Origin: Takakia lepidozioides
Taxonomy: Eukaryota; Plantae; Bryophyta
DNA length: 64,000 nt
Direction: 5' to 3'
Assembly (NCBI GenBank): GCA_030704615.1
Contig: CM060734.1
Coordinates: forward strand, 33,728,001-33,792,000
This document shows positions 25,501-36,900 of this stretch, in pieces. Made by a program: the position numbers and the translations under genes. The notes under the pieces are model-generated. The model did not search any database. It was given only the letters and a program-made list of their open reading frames with translations, and was not told the DNA's origin. Every line of letters starts with the position of its first letter. Position 1 is the first letter of the stretch.

Positions 25501-26194
25501 GTGCGCAAAGTTTGTGGAGGCCACACTGAAGGAGTTTTGGTTCTGCAGGCACGACATCATGTCGTGTGTGTTCGGCAAGTCCAAGTATGGTGTACAAGGC
25601 ATGCCTGAACCACCGGCAGTCTGGCCTGTGGCAAGTGGTACAGATCTTACCCTGGAGGAGGCAGACGCTCTAGGAAGTGCAGGGTTTCGACTGGTGGAGA
25701 GGACAGACGTTCCACGAAATCCAATTCCCAATCGTCATCCTCCTCCCACGAGAAGCTCTTCGCCCCGCATACCGGTGGGTGACCCCGCAGCTTGGCCCAC
25801 CCATCGGTGGGGTAAACTGAAAAGACGGCGGCCACCAACAAAGGCGAACGACACCAGGATGGCCAACGCTCTTGCAATGCCCTGCATAGTGCAAGGTTGC
25901 AGGGATGTTCCTCACCCCGGGATGGGCCGCATATTTCAGTTGTCAACAGCCGGGTCTGCTGCGCGCAGTGTCGTGTATGCAATCACGGTTTCACAGTACC
26001 CAGCTTGCAACTGTGAGGACTTCCTTGTTATGGAATCGAAGAATGCAGCATACGTCCCCTGCAAACACCTTTATTACATTTTTATGAAGCGCATGAGTTG
26101 CATATCCGCAGTGGACGTCTTCATCCATGCTCCAACACTGAGTTTCAACGAGCTGCACAAGGCCCTACGGCAGGATACTGGTCGGACTGCTTGA
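22597..26194 (+). CDS. MULE-type DDE transposase with N-terminal GCM-like zinc domain and C-terminal SWIM finger; one frameshift near 24320, intron 24681-24766
   Basis: DGHPW..CAGHLKC..C..CAHC..C..HIGKHEHP (GCM-like); VMFDH, FMADNAQA, SCGFH (CxxH), TTNMAESVH (D-D-E); CNCEDF..PCKH (SWIM). Confidence 0.88.
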
Positions 26195-26650
26195 CATTCC
26201 ACATTCGGGAAGGAGAAAGTGGCAATTATATTACATTCATCTTCTTGCACCCTATTTTTTTGTGAGGAATTATACACTTGGTGGTGCCGCATCGCCATGG
26301 CTACATGTGAATTTCGTCCACCTTTATGAGAAGACTCCAATTTGCTACAAATACATTGTTACTGTTCTGCAAATGTGATGCCTTTACAAGATTGCTAGTT
26401 CTGTGTCCCAGTGGGAAGGGTCCTACTGCACATTCCAGCATTTGCATACTGCACCTTGTGCAAACAGCAATCCATACGACAAAGGACACGTCCCAGCATA
26501 CTGGCAGTGAATTGCAAAAAACCTTAACAGAAGATTATCGAAGCATGTATATTCCCCATATGGCACAGGGAAGCTGCTTGATTTCTGAATGAAAATGTAT
26601 GTGCCATGAGTGTCAGCGAGTTGAAACATGTCTACTCTAGCATGCAAGAC

Positions 26651-27202
26651 CTATGGTCCCCTCGCCCAAGAAGAAGGAACTCGAACTGGCCTCTCAAGGA
26701 CCTCCTCAGTGACCGGGTGCCTATATTTGAACAAAATGTCAGTGGTTTCTGTCGCCCGGTTGAAACTAACGAGGATGTCGTGTTTATCGATAGCGCCCCC
26801 TTGGTAGAAGGACATTTTCACAGTGGGCCCTGTGTTCCCCTCCTCCTCATCCTCATAACTGAAGAGAATGTCCCCACTTTCCGAGCCAGTCCGTCCACGC
26901 GTAAAGTTTTCACCTATGCACTCATCATACGTCCACTCGCAACAATTCCAGCGATACAGCAACGCTGTGCGTGATCTGTTTGGCTCCCACACATGCGGAA
27001 AGTCCAGGTCCATGATGCGTAGGAACCACCTGCTCCCCAGCCGGGGTCCAGGAGAATCGTGCAATCCTGCAAGAAACTCCATTGCTCTCAGCTGGACAAG
27101 TCGAGGATCGTCCCTGTAAACATCCAGGAAGACAATGATGTCGTCTGCTTTCGGGAAAATGACTCCCGTCTGGCGTCGATAGATGTGATTCGGGCACGAC
27201 AT
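26651..27202 (-). CDS. Hypothetical ~183-aa protein inside the MULE, convergent with the transposase
   Basis: Uninterrupted ORF with globular-like composition; no motif recognised. Confidence 0.5.
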   Translation of the reverse strand: MSCPNHIYRRQTGVIFPKADDIIVFLDVYRDDPRLVQLRAMEFLAGLHDSPGPRLGSRWFLRIMDLDFPHVWEPNRSRTALLYRWNCCEWTYDECIGENFTRGRTGSESGDILFSYEDEEEGNTGPTVKMSFYQGGAIDKHDILVSFNRATETTDILFKYRHPVTEEVLERPVRVPSSWARGP

Positions 27203-27299
27203 GGCCTCACGACACATCACGAACTCAAAGCAGGGGGGAGATGGGCACAACAGAGAAGAGTGAAGAGCAAAATGAGAGCAAGGCCTCCCTCACCATAAG

Positions 27300-27730
27300 G
27301 CGGGTATTTGCTCTCCGACGCCCAATTTCGGCGCCGTTATTACATGGAGTGCGGAAGCTTCAGCCGAGAATTTTGTTTCCGCAGGTCAATTTCGGCGCCG
27401 TTATTGGTTGCAATCCCCAGCCTTCAGCCGGGTATTTGGTTTCCGGACCCAATTTCGGCGCCGTTATCGCCTGCACTCTGGAGGATGCAGCCGGGTATTT
27501 GGTTGGCAGAGCCCAATTACTTTCACTGTTGTTGGCTTCACTCCCGAGCCTTCAGCCCGCTATTTCTTTTCCTGTGCCCAATTACGGTGTCGTTATACCC
27601 AACCATCCTGCACTTCTGCAATAGTACTATCCACGGTTATAGGTCGCCATTGCGTTTTCGGAGTCTGCAAACCCGGATCCTAATTCCGCTTGCGTCTCTG
27701 CCTCTGGGATAATTTCGGTGCCGTTATTGC
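27300..27730. repeat. Right subterminal ~64-bp tandem array with asymmetric site AATTTCGGCGCCGTTAT
   Basis: Centres at 27332, 27396, 27459, 27588, 27719; shared flank CAGCCGGGTATTTG. Confidence 0.85.
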
Positions 27731-27930
27731 CCAGAATTCAGTTATTCTATGACCTGGCCTGGCGGTCCATGAGCCTGGGCTCCAAGTCATGAGCGTACAC
27801 TGGTACTCATAAGCGGAGTGCTTCCAGCATGAGCGCGGAAATCTTCGATTTTTGATTATTTTATAGTTTTTGGCCCGAAAAAAATCTGCCGAAATTCGAA
27901 GTGTGTTACTTTGCGGCTCATGGGTTAGCC

Positions 27931-27980
27931 ATGCCCGCTCATGAGCTCACCGCTCATGAGCTCATGGAATAGCAACCCCC
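27931..27980 (+). repeat. Right TIR of the MULE, followed by TSD GTTTCAACC (27981-27989)
   Basis: ATGCCCGCTCATGAGCTCA...GGAATAGCAACCCCC, similar to 17546-17612. Confidence 0.88.
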
Positions 27981-28919
27981 GTTTCAACCTATGGCAGTAA
28001 CCTTGTCGCTTGCCAACTAACTACCCTATCCTACCATCTCTGCTAATCTACCCTACGATCTGATATGATGACAAGCAGACAGTCATCATCTGAAAGCTTC
28101 TTGCTCTATACATTTCACTCCTTTGCCTCTTTATTTACAGATAACCTGTACCACTGTCCACAAGCCGACGCCCTCATGCTGGCGATTGCATCAATCAACA
28201 TGTGGTCAAGTCAGTAATCCCATTGCTGCCCGTCATCTGGCAGCAATTGCTTCTCCCACAAGTGCAGCTTTCAATAATCGCACATGAATGCAATGGCGGC
28301 AGTATCAGTTTGCACTCCCTGCCTCTGGCAGATGCTTGTCGTGATGGAGCTGCACCATCACTTTAACTAGCCTTTGATTGTGCCAGCAACCCCACCTTTC
28401 TATTCCCTGTCAGCATGTGGTTTCCCTTGCAAGTTCATCCTCCCTGTCATCGTGGTCATGAGAGTAACGACGGCACTGCCGCCCCTCCACCGAGCTGCTT
28501 CCCCGCAACTCCTACATCTTCAGAGGTCAATCACAGGCAGCACCGCCTCAATGCCTTCATTACTTCTGTCAGTAGCACATGATATTACTTGCCCTTCATG
28601 AATCGTCCTGCAGCACTCCCTCTCTTCAAAACTATGAAACGATTACTGCACCGCCTCCCTTCACCTGGCTTGAGCAAAATTACCTAGCTGTCCCCTGCAC
28701 GATTATCCTCCAGCAAGCCCTAAGCTTCCTCGACCCGTGTTTCTATGGTAATCACAGCGATGAAAGCCATTCATCCTATGGATGAAAAAGGCGCATTTCA
28801 TGACTTAGCCACATTTTGTCCTGGCAGCGCAATAGCATATTGTGCCCATGGATTTAACTGTAGGCATGGATACTTCCCTCCTTGTTATTAGCACCAGGGC
28901 TCTCTCTTTGTAGTAATGC

Positions 28920-31900
28920 CGAATCCTGATGCCAAACAATTGTTATCTATTTTTGGGTACTTTCCTGCTGCCACATCAGCAGTAACTTGTCAAAGTCACC
29001 CCAAACCACCCCACATCCACCCAACGAGCTAACTTACAGCATTCAATATGTAAATTCAGGGCTGGGTCTGATGAGAGGGAAAAATAGGCTGAAATAGGTC
29101 GAAGAAGAAGGTGCCCTCACCACATTGTCCTCGACCTTGTGTCATGACCCATGGAGGATTTCACTGACCATGCACCCAAGAGGACCTCTTGTGTGTGCGA
29201 GGTGTGTGCTGCTTCCACAGGGAATTGTAGGCAATCTGGAGCTTGAAATCCGGCCCTCTTGGATGAATCTGGACCCACACTACTCCCTGCTCCTTCAGCT
29301 ATCCATGCCTCTACACAAATCATGCATACATCCTTGCCTTGATGCTAGCAGCTGACAATAACACTCTAGAATTGTTCCAGCAAACACCCCAACCCTACTT
29401 ATCACACTAGTTCCTATGCTGACTTGCGTCTGCTTCCAACAGGCATTCACCTTTTTTCCTGGATTGTTCCACCATTGGCTGGGGTCGAACCGTATTCATT
29501 CCAGAGCTTCTCCATATCTCTATTATCTGTTTTTCAATACTTTCCTGTCGACCACATTGGCAGTAAAATGTCAAAATCACTCCAACACCACCATAGATCC
29601 ACCAACGAGCTAACTTGTAGAATTCAACATGAAAATTTAGGGACGACTCTGATAGCAGGGGAAACAGGGTGAAATATGTTGAAGAAGGTACCTTCATTAG
29701 CAGTGGCCTTGTTCTATCAATTGTGCTGCTGCCATTGCTGTTTCCGGTTGACCATCTACCCACTTGTAGCCGTTGTGCTATTGAAGAAGGTACCCCCCTT
29801 TCCCCCATCATTTGATCATAGGTCTCCAAAGCCTCCATACCATGTCCCTGCTGTGCATACCCTGCAAGCATCGCGTTCCATGACACCACATTTGGTTCAG
29901 CCATAGTGTTGAAAACTCCCTTCGCATCCTTAATGCACCCACATTTGGCATAGACGTCCACCAGGGGAGTATTCAGGATGACATCTGGTACAATTCCAGC
30001 TTTGACGATGTCACCATGGACCTCTTTGCCCTTTTCCAGAGGTCCTAGGCTTGCACACGCATTGCAAACATGCGGAAGTGTGATGTGGTTGGGCTTCACC
30101 CTTTTGCGCAACATTTGCTTATAGGTCGCCAAAGCATTCCTACCACACCCATGTTTGGTAAATCCTGCCAACATTATATTCCACATGATCAAAGATCGCT
30201 AAGGCATTCTGTAGAAATCTTGGCGAGCATCCATGATGCTCCCGCACTTAACATACATGTTGACAAGGGTGTTGAGTAGAAAAAACATTTGGCATGAATC
30301 CACTTTGGATAATGTGAGTGTGCACCTGATTCCAGCTTCCAGACCTAGAGTCTTTGTCAGTCTGCCTGCCTCACAAAGCATCTTCACATGCCCCGCGGAA
30401 AAGGCATTGTGGACTCCCTCTCTTGATCCTCTTTCAGAAGCTGCGGTCATGGTTGAGGACGTGCCTGATTTTATCAACTGTGCCGCTGCAGCTATTGCCT
30501 TTAGTTGACCATCTACCCATTTAGGTTTCTTGTAGCTATTGATCCACATGGAATCACAGGTAATCTGGAGCTTGAAGTCCGGCCCTCTTGGATGAATCTG
30601 GACCCACACTCTATCCCTTCTCCTTCAGCTATCCATGCCTCTGCACAAATCATGCATTCATCTTTGCCCTTGCTGCTAGCAGCTGACAATGACAACCTAG
30701 GAAACACCCAATCACACTAGTTCCTATGCTGAATTGCGTCTGCTACTCTCTGTCATCTAATAGGCATTCAACTTTTTGCCTCGATTGTTCCACCATTCAC
30801 TGGGGTCAACAAAGTATTCATTCCACACCTTCTCCTCATCTCTGTTATCTGTTTTGGATACTTTCCTGCTGCCACATCGGCAGTTACTTGTCATAGTCAT
30901 TTCAAACCACCACAGATCCTCCCAACGAGCTAACTTACAGAATTCAATATGCATCTCAGGGCCGAGTCTGATGAGAGGGCAAAACAGGCTGAAATAGGTC
31001 GAAGAAGAAGGTGCCCTCACCACATTGTCCTTGACAATTCAATATGTAAATTCAGGGCCGAGTCTGATGAGAGGGAAAAACAGGCTGAAATAGGTCGAAG
31101 AAGAAGGTGCCCTCCCACATTCTCCAAGGCCTCCATTCTCCAAGGCCTCCATACCACGCCCCTGCTGTGCATACCCTGTAAGCATCGTGTTCCACGTGAT
31201 GAAAGATCGTTGAGGCATTCTGTTGAACACTTGGTGAGCATCCATGATGCTCCCGCATGTAACATACATGTTGATAAGGGTGTTGACTAGAAAAATATTT
31301 GGCGTGCACTTTGGATAATGTGAGTGTGCACCTGCTTTCTAGCTTCACTTGGCCTTTCATCTTGATGCACTTATGCAAGAGACAGACATACGTATCTGAA
31401 TCTGCTGAAATGCCTCCTTGGTTTAAAGTCACTAGAGCCTCTTTCAGTCTCCCTGCCTCACAAAGCATCTTCACATGTCCATAAGTGCTAGAAGAGGCAT
31501 TGTGGACTCCTCTCTTGATCCTCTTCCAGAAGTTGTGGTCAAGGTTGAGGTGCCTGACTTTATCAACTGTGCCGCTGCAGCTGCTGCCTTTGGCGATGCA
31601 ACCATGCACCTCTTTGCATCTGGTAATCTGACAGGCATTCACTTTGGTACAATTCCAGCTCTGAAGATGTCGCCATGTGGACCTCTTTCCCCTTTTCTAA
31701 AGCTGCCAGGGCACTGTTCAGATTGACATTTGGTACAATTCCAGCTTTGATGATATCCCCATGCACCTCTTGCCCTTCTCCAGGCCCCCTGCTAGGCTTG
31801 CACAAGCATTGCAAATGCACACAAACATGATGTGCTTCCTTTGCTCATAGGTCTCCAAAGCCTCCATTCCACATCCCTGTTGTGCATACCCTGCAAGCAC

Positions 31901-32715
31901 ATCATATCGCACTCCACGACACCACATCTCGTTCAGCCATAGTGTCGAACACTCCCTTTGCATCCTAGATGCACCCACATTTTGCAAACATGTTCACCAG
32001 GGTATTGTTCAGAATTGACATCTGGTACAATTCCAACTCGGAAGATGTCGCCATGCACATCTTTCCCCATTTCCAAAGCTGCCAGGGCAGTGTTCAGATT
32101 GACATTTGGCACAATTCCAGCTTTGATGATATCCCCATGCACCTCTTGCCCTTCTCCAGGGCTGCCAGGCTTGCACAAGCATTGCAAATGCACACAAACA
32201 TGATGTGCTTCCCCCATCATTTGCTGATAGGTCTCCAAAGCCTCCATCCCACGTCCCTGCCGTGCATACCCTCCAAGCATCGCACTCCATGACACCACAT
32301 CTCGTTCAGCCATAGTGTCGAACACTCCCTTTGCATCCTAGATGCACCCACATTTTGCAAACATGTTCACCAGGGTATTGTTCAGAATTGACATCTGGTA
32401 CAATTCCAACTCTGAAGATGTCGCCATGGACATCTTTCCCCATTTCCAAAGCTGCCAGGGCAGTGTTCAGATTGACATTTGGCACAATTCCAACTTTGAT
32501 GATATCCCCATGCACCTCTTGCCCTTCTCCAAGCCGGCTACCAGGCTTGCACAAGCATTGCAAATGCACACAAACATGATGTGCTTCCCCCATCATTTGC
32601 TCATAGGTCTCCCAAGCCTCCATCCCATTTTCCTGCCGTGCATACCCTGCAAGCACATAATATCGCACTCCACGACACCACATCTCGTTCAGCCATAGTG
32701 TCGAACACTCCCTTT
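28920..32715 (-). pseudogene. Cluster of decayed, locally duplicated PLS-class PPR gene fragments
   Basis: LNTPLVDVYAKCGCIKDAKGVFNTMAEPNVVSWNAMLAGYAQQGHGMEAL and related motifs; ~372-384-bp tandem units at 31640-32715; frameshifted. Confidence 0.85.
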
Positions 32716-33988
32716 GCAATTCAGATGGCAGAGAAGAAGCGACGGGGGTCTCCTATGCCTGAAAGGTTACCTCGATATCAGCCTCCAGAGGGCCTCACAT
32801 ATCCAGGTAGTGTTCAATCATCTCCGTCAACCAGTGAAAGACCTCAGGCTCGTACACACAGTCCGCCACAAAACTCTCAACGTCAGAAAGGTGCTCGCTC
32901 ACAAAGGTTGGCTAATCCCAATTAGTAAACCATGAGGACACGGCTTTTTGAGAGGGGAAGGGGTAATGTTAGAGGACTGTCTGAGACTTAGACACTTATA
33001 CGGGATCTGTGGGGTACCCTTAATTTTTGCACAGACTGAGACCAACAGGAGCCTAAGGGGTGACAGCAGTGCACTTTAGAAGGGGGTTACACAGCCCGTC
33101 ACAGTCCGACAGAGCCCGACACAGCCAACACAATCGTCACAGTCTGACACAGCCCGACACAGCCAACACAGTCGTCACAGTCCGACTCAGCCCGACACAG
33201 CCGACACAGCCCGACACAACCACATAGCCACACAGTCAGTCACAGCCCAACACAGTCGTACAGCCAGTCACAGCCCGTCACAGTTTCACACAGCCAGTCA
33301 CAGCTTGACACAGCTGTCACGACCATAGGGAACAGATAGTAGGACAGGGAACGACTGTGGGGAACAACACCTGCGAATGGAACATGTTAGTTCACGGATG
33401 ACGGTTAGTGAGGGAAACGGTTAGAACAACGGGTAGGAAGATAAAGCCAGGAGCAAGGACTGGAAAAGTATCGATTCTTGGATCACTTCTGGGGGGAATC
33501 ACTTCTTGGAGGAACTTTGGACATCACTGGGGAAAATGAGGAGAGAGCGTATCTCTGAGCAGAAAGAGGGAGAGCACGGAGTAGGAGGAGGATCTGTTGA
33601 TGCTTAATGAATGCATGCAGTAGAATTGTAATGTAGAGCAGATTAGAGACTCCATGGCTTGAGCCTGATACTTGATAGATATTAATCTGATACACACTTC
33701 ATACTCACACTGTGTAGAGAGATCTGAGTGAAGCTGTGGAATGAATGGATGAGTTGATGGAATCCGATAGAATGATGAAGCAAACTGATACTTAATTACC
33801 AACAGTAAGGTAACTAGCTAACATGAATGCGGGAAGGAAAACAAATAGGAAACACCCCCATGATACACTAGCTGTAGGTCATGACTGATTGTTCTGAGCG
33901 GGCTGAGTACTTAGAGATTTCCAACTCTTCTATCTTGGAGTTTCCGCCTCGGATAGCAAAGGGATGAGTGAGTAAAAGCCGCGCGACA
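32716..33988 (+). mobile_element. Gypsy family A 3' fragment: end of extra ORF, PPT and 3' LTR (32967-33988)
   Basis: GAGAGGGGAAGGGGTAA then TGTTAGAGG...GCGCGACA; abuts copy 2 in opposite orientation. Confidence 0.9.
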
Positions 33989-36900
33989 CACCCTCACTGT
34001 GTGAAGAGCCTTGCTCTTCCGTTGCAGTGGTTTCGGTCTCAAACACTCCCATCTTCTTTCTTTCCCGAGCATCAAGTATGCAAGAATCAAGAATTATTTG
34101 AGCAATGATTGGGCCAGACACTATGATAGGAGACTTTGCGGCAGTGCCCTGTAATCTTTTCATCTCTTCTACCAGTGCGTTGTACATTATGTCCGCCCAT
34201 GCTACCTTTTCTCCTCTCAGGGCTTTGAGTATTTCCTCTGTGAAGGATCTGCTCAAATACTGTTGGTTCTGTTTCATGGCAAACAGAACGTTCAATACCT
34301 GGCCTACCTCCCTTAGCCCTGGGTAGACGGCCTTGGTACAAGCGTAACCCTGAGTTTCAAGAAACTCCCTTCTTGGAATAAGTCCCCTATTTGCAGTCTT
34401 GCCCTATGCTCCTCCACATGCACCTGACCTGATGGCAATTCAAACAATTGCTGTAGGTATAGGGGAGTAATTTCTAATTCAACTCCTTTCACCATTGTTG
34501 CTCCTGTCCTAGGCTCAAAGTTCTGCAAGAATTGTAACATGTACTGCCTATGGTGCAATGTCCAATCTTTGCTTTGCAATCCTTCTAATCGCAGCTCCTT
34601 CAGTAACTGTACCACCTGTGGGGTAGCAATCGTTTGTTTCTGCAGGATTGTGGTGCTTTTCACCCTGATTTCTTCCATTTCTCTCACTCTCTTCATTCTA
34701 GACCCACAGAAAGGTTTTGGCTGTAACAATTGAAGAAATGCCTGCAGGGCACAAAGCATAAACGTATGGTTGCCACAAAAAGCTATGGGTAATTTCTTGT
34801 AAGCGTGCGGGGCTTGCAAGCATCGATTAAGAGAAAAGATCCGCTCTGTTCTTCCGTCCCTATGCCACTGCGTAAGTAATATTGCGAGCGTATAGTCTGT
34901 TAGTTTCCTCCATAGCTTCAAAGCTATAGCATTGATGGTTTGTCCCGTCGAGACGCCCGTTACTTGGAACGACGCCGACTCTTGCGCTTAAAATCCCTCC
35001 AATTTCTTGATCCTGCTTCTGGCTTATGATTGGCTGTAACCGCTGTGACTGGATTTTAGATTTAATTTTCTTTAGTGGACTTTCCCTGTTGGACTGTTCA
35101 CTAGGACAACACATGTGACAAGAATTTCGCTTTTCTGTACTTGCCGTTTGTTCCGTTGCCTTTTTTCCGTATTCATTAATGGGCCCGCCATTCATCCGAA
35201 TTGACGTGCTAAGTAGGTATTTTGACGGCCATTCTTGTCCTCTTTCTTGATGACACCTGTTCTTGCACTTCCTTCTCAGCTGTGTGTCGCGCCCTGACTT
35301 CCACGTGTCCATTTCTAAATTGGCTTCCGTCCTTTCTTCCGCCGGCCATTTCCCTGAAGTTATCCTGCGTCCACCTGTCACTGATTCTATGGATTGTGTA
35401 ACCCTAGTAGGCTGTGTTGAGCTGTGACAGGCTGTGTCATACTGTGGTACGCTCTGATAGGCTGTGTTGCACTGTGGTAAGCTGTGATAGGTTGTGACAC
35501 GCTGTGGTATGTTGTGATAGGCTGTGTTGCGCCGTGCTGGGCTGTGATAGGTTGTGTTGCGCCGTGCTGGGCTGTGATATGCTGTGTCGCGCCGTGATGG
35601 GCTATGATATGCTGCGTCGCGCCGTGCTGGGCTGTGATATGCTGTGTTGCGCCGTGCTGGGCTTTGATATGCTGTGTCGCGCCGTGATGGGCTGTGATAG
35701 GCTGTGTCACGCCGGGATGGGCTGTGATAGGTTGTGTCGCGCCGGGATGGGCAGTGATAGGCTATGTCACGCCTTGATGGGCTGTGATAGGCTGTGTCGC
35801 GCTTGTTCTACCCGCCCTGGTCATATATGCTCGGCCTAGCGACAAGTGCTCCATACTCCGTTGGTATCACTGGCGCAGCCCGTGACTGCTTTTGCGTTTC
35901 AACATGCAAATCATGCTGCAATGGTTTGTCATGGATACCACTGTACCCCTTCAACTTATTGGCATTGACTCTTCCCAGCATCTCTTTGTTAATGGTTTGT
36001 AACATGGCGGTGTTGTTATCATACATCTTCTGTATGACATAAGGTCCTTTCCATGGTGATTTAAGCTTAGAAGCTTTAATCTTCTCCTTCTTCTGCAACC
36101 AGGGAACCAAATCTCCCGTCTTAAAAGTCTTTATCTTGCCTTCATCAAACTGTTCCTTTCTCTTCATCTGAATTCTGGTCATGTTATCAGCTGCATCAGC
36201 ATGTATTTCTTCCACATGGTATAATTCATGTTTCCTGACCTTAATTGAATCTTGCAATTCCATTATCTTTCCCCATTCCGTTCTCATGGTAGGTAACAGG
36301 AATTCCACTGGAAGTAAAGCTTCCATACCATAAACTAATTGGAATGGTGTATATTTAGTGGTGACTTTATATGAAGTCTTGTATGACCACAAAGCTATCA
36401 GCAACTTTGTATCCCAATCCGTTCTGTTTGCATTGACTATCTTAGCCAAGATAGTACATAGTATTTTGTTGGTAGCCTTTGCCTGCCCATTACCCTGTGG
36501 TTAATATGTTGTACTCTTCCTATGCACAATCATGAACTCTTTAGTCAATAATTCAATGGTCTCATTAATGAAGTGACTTCCCAGATCACTGATAAATTCC
36601 AAGGGACAACCAAATCGTGTAAGTATGTTCTCATACATGAACCTTGCTGTGGACTTGGCTGTGTTGTCCCTCAAAGCTTTAGCTTCCACCCACTTCGTAG
36701 TATAATCAATGGCTGTAATTATGTACCTGTTCTGTGTATTCTTGGCTGGTGGGTTAATTGGTCCAACAAAGTCTAGTCCCCATTTCTGAAATGGTTCTGT
36801 AGGCATTGTAGGATGCAAAGCCATCTTCCCAGATCTCTGCAAAGGTCCTAGCCTCTGACATTCATCAGAACTCTGACAATACTTGTGTACATCTTTGAAC

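Larger units (their letters stand above)
14365..27980. mobile_element. Mutator-like (MULE) DNA transposon, ~13.4 kb, with its left 3.2 kb plus a little flank inverted (17613-17786 is TSD plus host flank)
   Basis: MULE transposase; two related termini (24/29 identical) ending at 17612 and 27980; 9-bp TSD GGTTGAAAC (17613-17621) is the reverse complement of GTTTCAACC (27981-27989). Confidence 0.88.
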
